From Chiloscyllium plagiosum (taxonomy: Eukaryota), in the NCBI RefSeq assembly GCF_004010195.1, contig NC_057729.1, positions 4,339,802 to 4,403,801 on the forward strand: a stretch of DNA of 64,000 nt. The letters run 5' to 3'. Position numbers and translations under genes: made by a program. Every line of letters starts with the position of its first letter. The first letter of the stretch is position 1. Below, piece by piece: positions 54,635 to 64,000 of this stretch. The notes beneath the pieces were generated by a model. The model saw nothing but the letters and a program-made list of their open reading frames with translations. It was not told the origin of the DNA and ran no database searches.

Positions 54635-55455
54635 CCAACCCAAACGTAAGTTTGTTCACTGAGCTGGAAGTTTCTTTTACAGATGTTTCATCACAATACT
54701 GGTTAACATCATCAGAGAGCCTTGGCGAAGCACTGGCGTTAGTGACCCACTTTCTATTTATGTATTTAGGTTTCCTTAGGTTGATGATGTCATTTGCTGT
54801 GATGATGTCATTTCTTGTTCTTTTTCTCAGAATGTGGTAAATGGGGTCCAAATTGATATGTTTGTTGATTAGAGTTCAGGTTGGAATGCCATGCTTCTAG
54901 GAATTCTCGTGCATGTCTCTATTTGACTTGTCCTAGGATAGATGTGTTGGCCCAGTTAAAGTGGTGTCCTTCCTCATCTGTGTGTAAGGATACGAGTGAG
55001 AGTGGGTCATGTTTTCTTGTGGCTAGTTTTCTGCCTGTTTGCCTAATGTAGTGTTCGTTACAGTTCTTGCAAGCTATTTTGTAAATGACAATAGTTTTGC
55101 TTGTATGAAGTCTTTCCTTAGCTGCTGGTTTAGTGTATTGGTGGATTTGTGGGCTACCATGAGACCAAGAGGTCTGAATAGTCTGGCAGTGATTTCCAAG
55201 ATGTCTTTGATGTAGGGGAAAGTGGCTAGGGTTTCTGGACGTTTTGTCTGCTTTTTGGGTTTGTTGCTGAGAAGTCAGCAGACTGTGTTCATTGGGTACC
55301 CATTCTTTTTGAATATGCTGTACAGGTGATTTTCCTCTGCTGTTTGTAGTTCCTCTACAGTGTGTGGTGGCTCATTGAAATAATAATTTAAACAGTTTTG
55401 TTTGTGGGTGTTGGGATGATTGCTTCTATAGTTCAGTATTTGGTCTGTTTGTATT
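54635..55455 (-). mobile_element. Penelope-like element of a different clade (Penelope/Poseidon-like), 3' part with its own degenerate hammerhead
   Basis: Minus strand: LNYRSNHPNTHK, EENHLYSIFKKNGYP, LPYIK, YKIACKNCNEHYI.QTGRKL, AREFLEAW; then CTGATGATGTTAAC...GTGATGAAACATC at about 54680-54716. Confidence 0.85.
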
Positions 55456-56443
55456 GTATTCCTGTAGACGCTTCAGCTGTGATACTATCCCTGATTAGCA
55501 ATGCCACCCCCCACCATTCCTTTTGAAACAGCCAACAACCATTCCTGTCCCTGTGATATCCAAGTCTCCATGATGGACACAACATCATAGTACCAAGTAC
55601 TGATCCATGCTCTAAGTTTGTCACCCTTATTCCTGACCCTTCTTGCGTTAAAATCGATGCACCCTTCAACCCATCTCACTGACTGCACCTTTGCCCTATC
55701 AATTGTCTGTCCTTCTTCACAGACTCTCTGTATGCTGTATCTGGCTTCTCACAACCTACTCCATCATCTGATCCGTAGCTCTGGTTCCCAACCCCTTACC
55801 AATCTAGTTTAAACCCTCCCAATCAGTTGCAGCAAACCGCCCATCCAGGATATTGGTGCTCCTCCAGTTCAGGTGCAACCTGTCCTTCTTGTACAGGTCC
55901 CATCTTCTCCAGAAGGTATCCCAATGATCTACATATCTGAAGCCCTCCCTTCTACACCAGTGCTGTAGTCACGTGTTCATCTGTACTTGCTGTCTGTTTC
56001 TAGCATCACTAGCCTGTGGCATTAATAGCAATTTTGAGATTCCTACACTGCTTGTCCTGCCTTCTTGCTTAACTCCCATGTTACACAATGCACTGCCCAA
56101 TTTGACTGTTCAGGAGTTGAAATCCAGATCTGTGATCAAATTTCCACAAGCACAATTGTTGTGTATTATTTTGATTGAGATTGGCGGATCTTGCAGAGTT
56201 GACCAGATTGGATTATGGAGTGTTGTTGGGTGGGGGTTGGGGGCGTGGGGGGCAGTACGTAAGCTTTCTAGTAAATCTGCTGTTTTTGCGAGTTCCTTAT
56301 GGAAGATTTGAGCCCTCTATGTTAGAAAGTGTTGGGGTTGTTGGTGTGAGCAAGAAGACATTAGGATTGCTGATGAGCTGTAAGAGCTCTACAGTTCCAG
56401 CAACAAGTAATAAATTAATAGATTGTACCTTGTTGCAGCAAAG

Positions 56444-57628
56444 ATGAATCGAGACTTAAAGTATTGGAAGGAAGCAGCCACTGTCATCTTGACTTCAGGT
56501 GTTCGAAATTGCTTTGTGAATAAAGATCCCAGTACACAGACTTGTCAGCCTCCACGTTCAGTGCCAAAACAAAAGAGAAATGCAATTCACTCGTGGTTGG
56601 AGAAACCTGTCTTTGATTATGCTGTACTTATGTTACAGCGGAGTGCAAAAAGCAGTTTCTTGCCTCATGCTCAGGTATTTCCTGGAGGTACCGTCAGTCC
56701 GTCTGATTTTTCCAGTGAGTGGATTCAGATGTTTCAGCCCTTTTGCAAGCCACCTAACTTTAAACTAGGTATAGTCAGGCAAACCTCCAAGAGAGCTCCA
56801 ATCCTTGCAACGGACAGGAGAAAGCTAGGATCTGAAGTCCCTGGAGAGGTGGCTTTCCGTATTTGTGCTATTAGGGAAACTTTTGAAGAATCAGGGATTC
56901 TACTTGTGAAGCCGAATACCCCTGAAACATGTTCAAGCAGCCAAGGAGCCATAAAGCTCACACAGTACGACCAAAAAGAACTTGCAAATTGGAGGCTGCT
57001 TGTGCAGAAAAATGCAGCAAATTTTATAAAGCTTTGCAAAGAGCTGGACTGTATACCAAATATTTGGGCATTGAAGGAGTGGAGTAATTGGTTAACTCCT
57101 ACTTACTTGGAGAGAAAGCGTTTTGATACTGCATTCTTCATCTGTTGTTTGCAAGAAATTCCTTTCACATTGCAAGATGATTATGAAACTGTTTCCTACA
57201 ACTGGATGTCCCCACCTGATTTTGCTGAAGGCTACATTTCAGAGAAATTCTACATCCCTCCCCCGCAGTGGTATGAACTGAGCAGACTCTGCCAAATACC
57301 CCATTTCCAAGATCTGCAGCAGTTTAGCCAGCATCGGGCATTGGAAGGCTGCGAACGATGGCTTCCAATTCGTCTTCTTGCTTCTGATGGCTCTGCGATT
57401 TTGTACCCTGGGGATGACCTTTATCCAGAGGATCCTGATTACACAGGAGAAAAGCAGATGAACATCACTTCCTCAAAAACTCTGGAACAATTGAGGTTAG
57501 AGGTTACCAAACTAAATCGCGCGGAAGTGAGAGATTTGCATGTTATAATACTGTACGTGAATATTGAGCCCCCGTATAAACATATCAATCCACTAATGGT
57601 GAACCCAATACTTTCCAGTTATCTGTAA
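56444..57628 (+). CDS. NUDT19: Acyl-CoA diphosphatase NUDT19-like, copy 2 (394 aa, intronless CDS)
   Basis: Close paralogue of 39267-40454; Nudix box AFRICAIRETFEESG; acceptor ttgttgcag ends at 56438; C-terminus SSYL. Confidence 0.93.
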   Translation: MNRDLKYWKEAATVILTSGVRNCFVNKDPSTQTCQPPRSVPKQKRNAIHSWLEKPVFDYAVLMLQRSAKSSFLPHAQVFPGGTVSPSDFSSEWIQMFQPFCKPPNFKLGIVRQTSKRAPILATDRRKLGSEVPGEVAFRICAIRETFEESGILLVKPNTPETCSSSQGAIKLTQYDQKELANWRLLVQKNAANFIKLCKELDCIPNIWALKEWSNWLTPTYLERKRFDTAFFICCLQEIPFTLQDDYETVSYNWMSPPDFAEGYISEKFYIPPPQWYELSRLCQIPHFQDLQQFSQHRALEGCERWLPIRLLASDGSAILYPGDDLYPEDPDYTGEKQMNITSSKTLEQLRLEVTKLNRAEVRDLHVIILYVNIEPPYKHINPLMVNPILSSYL

Positions 57629-57734
57629 ATTCTTCCAATGAATCAACAAAAATATCTGTCAAAAATGTTCTTAAATGATCAAAGTTTATTTTTGAATGTC
57701 TTCAAATAGAACACTGGTAACAATATCAAAACAG

Positions 57735-60700
57735 AATTAGAACATTACAGCGCAGCACTGACCCTTTGGCCCTTGATGTTGCACCCACCTGTTGAACCAA
57801 TCTGAAGTCCATCTAACCTCTACTATTCTATTCTTGTCCATATGCTTGTCCAATGACCATTTAATTGCCCTTAGAGTTGGTGAGTCTACTTCTATTGGAG
57901 GCAGTGCATTCCATACCCCTACTATTCTGAGTACAGAAACTAGCTCTGACATCTGCCCTATATCTATCGCCCCTCAATTGAAAGCTATATCCACTTGTGC
58001 TAGCCATTGCCATCAGAGGAAAAAGACTCTCACTGTCCAACCTATCTAACCCTCTGATTATCTTATGTCTCAATTAAGTCACCTCTCCACCTTCTCTCTA
58101 ACGAAAACAGCCTCACGTCCCTCAGTCTTTCCTCGTAAGACCTTCCCTCCATTCCAGGCAACATCCTAGTAAATCTTCTCTGAACCCTTTCCGAATCCTT
58201 CTTATATTGCAGTGACCAGAACTGTACACAGTACTCCAAATGTGGCCGCACCAGAGTTTTGTAAACTGCAGGATGATCTCATGGTTCCAAATCTCAATCC
58301 CTCTACCAATAAAAGCTAATGCACCGTATACCTTCTTAACAACCCTATCAACCTGGGTGGCAACTTTTAAGGATCTGTGTACTTGGACACAGAGATCTCT
58401 CTGCTCATCTACACTACCAAGAATCTTACCATTAGCCCAGTAATCTGTATTCCTGTTACTCCTTCCAAAGTGAATCACCTCACATTATTCTGCATTAAAC
58501 TCCATTTGCCACCTTTAAGCCCAGCTCTGAAGCTTATCTATGTCTCTTTGTAATCGATAACATCCTTCATTACTATCCACAACTCTACTGACCTTAGTAT
58601 CATCTGCAAATTTACTAACCCATCCTTCTAATTCCTCATCCAGGTCATTTATATAAATGACAAACAACAGTGGCCCCCAAAACAGATCCTTGCGGTACCC
58701 TACTAGTAACTGAACTCCAGGATGAATATTTCCCATCAACCATCACCCTCTCTTTTCTGATCCAAACCATTAAATCACCCTCAATCCCATGCCTCTGTAT
58801 TTTGTGCAATAGCCTACAGTGGGGGAACCTTATCAAATGCCTTACTAAAATCCATATACACCACATAAGCCCACTTTTCCCTCATGCACATTTGGTCACC
58901 TTCTCAAAGAATTCAGTAAAGGTTGTGAGGCATGACCTACCCTTCACAAAACCATGTTGGCTATCCCTAATCAACTTATTCATCTCTTGTAACCCTTTCC
59001 AACACTTTACCCACAACCGAAGTAAGGCTTCCAGGTCTATACTTTCCAGGGTTGTCTCTACTCCCCCTCTTGAACTAGGGGACAACATTTGCTATCCTCC
59101 TGTCTTCTGGCACTATTCCTATAGACAATGATGACATAAAGGTCAAAGCCAAAGGCTCGCAATGTCATCCCTGGCTTCCCAGTGAATCCTAGGATAAATC
59201 CCATCCGGACCAGGGGATTTATCTACTTTTCAGAATTGCTAACAAATCCTCCTTATGCACCTCAATCCCATCTATTCTAGTAGCTATATCAAAGTATTCT
59301 CCTCAACCACACTGTCTTTTTCTAGTGTGAATACTGAAGAAAGGTATTCATTTAGTGCCAACCATAACTCCCCTGACTCCATGCACAACTTCTCACCACT
59401 ATGCTTGATTGGCCCTAAGCTTACTCTAGTCATTTTTTTATTCCTGATATAGCTACAGAAAGCCTTAGGGTTTTCCTTGATCCTATCCGCCAATGACTTC
59501 TCATGCCCCCACCTGGCTCCTCTTAGCTCTCTCTAGGTCCTTCCTGGCTAATTTGAAACTCTGAAGTGCCCTAACTGATCCATCACATCTCATCCTAACA
59601 TAAACCACCACCTTCCTCTTCATTAGTAAACCACGGCTCCCATGCTCGACAACTTCATTCCTACCTGACCGGTACATACTTGTCAATGACCCGCAGTAGC
59701 TGGTCCTTGAATAAGCTCCACATTTCAATTATCCCCATCCCCTGAAGTTTCCTTCCCCATCCTATGCATCCTAAATCTTGCCTAATTGCAACATAATTGC
59801 CTTTCGTCCAGCTATAACACTTGCCCTGTGGTATATACCTATCCCTTTCCATCTAACCAAATTGTGGTCACTATCACCAAAGTGCTCAGCTATCTCCCAA
59901 ATCTAATACCTGGCCAGGTTCATTACCTAGTACCAAATCTAATGTGGCCTCGCCCCTTGTTGGCCTGTCGACATACTGTGTCAGGAAACCCTCCTGCACA
60001 CATTGGACAAAAACTGACCCATCTAAAGTACTTAAAGTATTCCAGTCAATATTGGGAAAGTTGAAGGCCCCCATAACAGCTACCCTGTCACTCTTGCCTC
60101 TAATGAGGATTATCTTTGCTATCCTATCCTCTACATCTCTGGAACTATTTGGAGACCTATAGAAAACTCCCAACAAGGTAACTTCTCTCCTGTTTCTAAC
60201 CTCAGCCCATACTACCTCCAGTAGATGAGTCCTCAAATGTCCTTTCTGCAACTGTAATACTGTCCTTGACTAACAATGCCATACCTCTTTTACCATTTTC
60301 TCTGTTCTTACTGAAACATCTAAATCCTGGAAGCTGCAATAACCATTCCTGTTCCTACTCTACCCATGTCTCTGAAATGGCTGCAACATCAAAATCCCAG
60401 GTACCAACCCATTCTGCAAGTTCATCCACCTTATTCCATATGCTCCTGACGTTGAAGTAGACACACCTCAAACCAACTTCTTGCCTGCCAATGCCTTCTT
60501 GTGATCTTGAAGTATTAGTTCTGACTTCATTACTCTCATCCTCCCGTATACTCGAACTACAATTTCGGTTCCCACCCCCCCTGCTGAATTAGTTTAAACC
60601 CACCCAAAGAGCATTAGCAAATTTCCCCTCCAGGCAAATTTCACCTCTGGTTCAGGTGAAGACCATCCTGTTTGTAGAAGTCCCACCTCCCCCAAAAAGA

Positions 60701-60790
60701 GCCCCAATTATCTAGAAATCCGAAATCCTCCCTCCCTGCACCATTCCTGTAGACACGTGTTCAACTCCTCCCTCTCCCTATTCCTCCAAT
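57735..60790 (-). mobile_element. Long CR1 LINE: ORF2 AP-endonuclease plus RT, decayed with internal deletions
   Basis: [80 protein letters not shown]. Confidence 0.93.
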
Positions 60791-61199
60791 TAGGGTTTTT
60801 GTCATGTGTACTCATGTATGTGTACTCAAAGATACCTCGATACGAAATAGAAAAATAAAGCAAAAGTACCATAAATTAGCAACTATTAATCATTGAAAAT
60901 GATTGGAAGAGACAGATGGCATTTTAGGAAAAGATTAAGATATAAGTGGCACAGTGTTTGGGTGGAGAAAGTTAGTCTTGAACAAGATCCCAGTGGAGAC
61001 TAACATGACATACCTGACTCCTAATAGTTGTAATTGTGCCTAACTGGTTAATGTTAATTGTACCTATTGCTATCACACAATAAATGACAGCTTACTTCAG
61101 ACAAGTATTTCTTATTGCTAAGACTCAACATAGGTCTATCCTCTACCATTGATAAATAGACTAGCTCTTCAGCTCCACACTCCTGATCTAAGGGTACAC

Positions 61200-61430
61200 C
61201 ATGCAGGGAGGGGCAGACAAGTGACAGGGCCTTCTCGTTGGTCTGCTCCTAGGCCTGGTCAAGGTGGCCTTTAACAGGCCCAAACAGCAATTTGTGGAGA
61301 GGCTTATTGTTTCCTAACTGTCTGCGCCTCTTTCACAGTTATATCTGTGCTTGTGCTTTCCTAGAGAGGGAGCATGTAATGCTCACCAGTATGATAGACG
61401 CCTGTAGACTGTGGGCATCACAAGGATTAG
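61200..61430 (+). mobile_element. Tx1/L1-type element ORF2 C-terminal remnant
   Basis: LLVGLLLGLVKVAFNR..CLRLFHSYICA..LEREH resembles Tx1 C-termini from memory. Confidence 0.6.
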
Positions 61431-61435
61431 GGTGG

Positions 61436-61660
61436 GGGAGCTTTATGTTCTGTTTAAATGAGTAGAGGGAGCTTTACTGTACATCTAATCCCATATTGCA
61501 CCTATCCTTGGAGTGTTGGATGGGGACAGCGTGGAAGGAGCTTTACTTGCACTTTAAATAAGTAGAGGGAGTTTTGTTTTCAGTTTAAGAGTATCTATCT
61601 AACCTCATGCTGTACTTGATCTGGAATGTTTGACAGGTACAGTGTAGAAACAGCTTTATT
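61436..61660 (+). repeat. Degenerate minisatellite-like repeat (gagctttact...tatctaacc...gtgtttga..gacagtgtaga)
   Basis: Repeated ggagcttta and agtagaggga units. Confidence 0.6.
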
Positions 61661-62764
61661 TTCAGAGTAAAAAATAAAATTGTACAGGTCTCTATGATCG
61701 GTGAAATCCACTGAGGATGAGGTGCATCATCACATTTTGAAAATTATGTTTTAACTTAGTTTTAAGTTTTTGTTGGCTTTTTGATTTTTCTTGTTATAAT
61801 GATCCATCAGAGGATGTCTAAACCATATTGTTTATTTATTAAAAGAATAAAAAAGAAAATTGATGGCGGCCAGAACCACAACCACAAATTGTCAATTAAA
61901 CAGTCACCTCCCATACTATTACTTCTGGTGTCACACGATCTCCTACGATTTCTCATCTACATATTAACCTCTACGACATAATCTGAAGGCACAACATTAC
62001 TTTTTATTAAAGTTAGTTCTGCTTCACTATCCACCTCTCTCAACTTCTCCATTGTTGCTAAATTATTCAGCTTCTTATCTGGCTGCATGAGCAGAAACTT
62101 CCCTTATGGTCACTGACCCATATTGAGTTCAGCTCTCCTCCCCCAACACACATCTCAGTAATCAGCTTGAGGTCCATAACCATCTAAGATATCTGTGCTC
62201 CTTTAATTCTGGCCTCCTATGACCCCATTACAGCATTCACTGCAGGTTAGCAGAAATATGAAAGGGCAAGACATATATATGAGCTCCTACAGCACAAATC
62301 TCTCCATTGCAAATTGTCTGCCTCCTCATGTAAAAACTGGGTCCACCTTTGACTAAAGCTTCAGACGATCTTGGAGGAGCTCCAGCCCCCATGAGGTATG
62401 TAATATGCAGAACACTAGCCCATCAATCACACTGACTCTCATGAACCAAACTCGCAGATACAATCTTGGAAGAGACCAAGGCTAAATGAATAAAATCTGA
62501 AATGGACCTCAAAGACAAACTGATGTCGATATGTGTAATGTTTTTCACAATTCCTCAACCACATTGGTATCTAAAGTTTAAAGAAATGCAAACCATAACT
62601 GGAAATGTTTATATGGGGTGGGGCTAGGGTTATGATCACAGGCGCAGACTACCAGCTCGTGAGCGGAACGTCTGACAGCCAAAACATATCACTTTCTTCT
62701 CTTTAGGCTCATGTGAAGTGTTTTGGAACATTTCATTGTTAAAGACACCAGACAACTATAAGTT

Positions 62765-63340
62765 AGGAGCAAATCAGTGCAGTTGCTGGAATCTGTACTG
62801 AAAACAACAAACGCTGGAGATCATTGCGGGTCAGGCAGCATCCATGGGGAGACAGCAAGCTAATATTGAGTCTAGATGACTTTTCATCAGAGCTGACGTG
62901 AAGTGTGGAGGGAGGCAAAAACTGTGGATGCTGGAATCCAAAGTAGACAGGCAGGAGGCTTGAAGAACACAGCAAGCCAGGCAGCATTTGGTGGTGTAGA
63001 AGTCGACGTTTCGGGTGTAAGGGCAGCATTTATGCTATAGATGGTCGTGCAGTGTAGGAGTGTATAGAGTGCTGGGTGAGAAAAGGTATTGATAGTTCAG
63101 ATTAAGTGGTCTGGGAGGTCTGTGAAGAGAAATCAAAGTTAACGTTTCGGATCCGATAACCCTTCCTCAGAACTGATGGTAGCTAGGAAAATGTCTGTTT
63201 ATATGCAGAAGGTAGGGTGGGGGAGGGACTAGGGAGTAAATGATAAGTATGGATAGAGTCGGAAAATGGCACTGGAAAAGCACAGCAGGTCAGGCAGCAT
63301 CCAAGGAGCAGGAGAATCAATGTTTCAGGCATAAGCCATA
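62765..63340 (-). mobile_element. Stack of PLE terminal repeats from about four families with hammerhead motifs
   Basis: Motifs at 62858-62894, about 63001-63020 (partial), 63137-63174 and about 63310-63338 (partial). Confidence 0.75.
63137..63174 (-). ncRNA. Minimal hammerhead motif, second family
   Basis: Minus strand reads AGTT-CTGAGGA-A-GGGTT(ATCG)GATCC-GAAA-CGTT-AACT. Confidence 0.65.
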
Positions 63341-63489
63341 CAGCTCAGAGACAGAAGGACAGACAAAGGAGTAGTTAATGATCTGGCTGAGAGGGTGAAT
63401 AGCTGTTCATGGAGACTGTTAGTTATTCTAACAATAGGTAGAATGTAACGGTAGACTTTGTGATATCAAGGTCTGATATATGGTAGGGG

Positions 63490-64000
63490 GCTAGGACAGG
63501 GAGAGTTCCGGCCCTAAAATTGTTGACCTCTTATTTTGAATCCGGAGGGCTGCAGGGTCCCCACGCGGAAAATGAGCTGTTGTTCTTCCAGCTTGCCCTG
63601 AGCTTTGCAGGAGCACTGCAACAACCCAGGGAACAGGGCGGTGTGTTAAAGTGACAGGCAACTGGAATCTGTCTTTTTTGCAGGCAGATGTTCTGCAAAG
63701 CGATAACCCAGTCGACACTTGGTTCCCCAATGTTAAGGAGACCACATTTTGAGCAGTGAATGCAGTGGACTAGTTTGTGAGAAGTGCAGGTAAAGTGCTG
63801 CTTCACCTGGAAGGTATGTTTGAGCTCTTGGATATTGAGGAGGAGAGAGGTTAATGGGCAGACGTTACACCTTCAGCAGTTGCAGGAGAAGGTGCTGTGG
63901 GGTAGAGGGATGTGTTGAGAGTGAAAGAAGAGTGGATCAGGGTGTTCCAGAGGGAACAGTCCTTACGGAAGATTCCAGTGAGGCTCTACGCCTGTTTTGG
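63490..64000 (-). mobile_element. Penelope-like element GIY-YIG region
   Basis: KQHFTCTSHKLVHCIHCSKCGLLNIGE and PVACHFN. Confidence 0.85.

Noticed and set aside
61436-61660. CRISPR-like spaced repeats
   Set aside because: Degenerate eukaryotic minisatellite with no unique spacers and no cas genes.

Overview
Eukaryotic, repeat-rich genomic DNA, very probably from a shark (inferred from the HE1-type SINEs, Deu-domain SINEs, CR1 LINEs and Penelope-like families), with a 506-nt assembly gap at 4311-4816. Host genes: coding exon 1 and promoter of PDRG1 (minus strand); a complete 4-exon class-II-like beta-tubulin (11381-21844, plus strand, 446 aa); and two tandem NUDT19 paralogues with intronless CDSs (39267-40454 and 56444-57628), each with a candidate CpG/NRF1-type promoter 7-8 kb upstream. 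The rest is mostly decayed CR1/L2 LINEs, SINEs, Penelope-like elements (PLEs), a PIF/Harbinger transposase relic and a Tx1-like fragment. The most notable signal is a set of short PLE-derived insertions, many with target-site duplications (TSDs), carrying minimal hammerhead ribozyme motifs whose stems co-vary between families. These include two 92-bp fold-back palindromes in or just after the tubulin gene, and a 2.6-kb TSD-flanked composite (51901-54474) in which hammerhead-bearing repeats enclose apparently captured genomic DNA. All calls are by eye and repeat boundaries are approximate.
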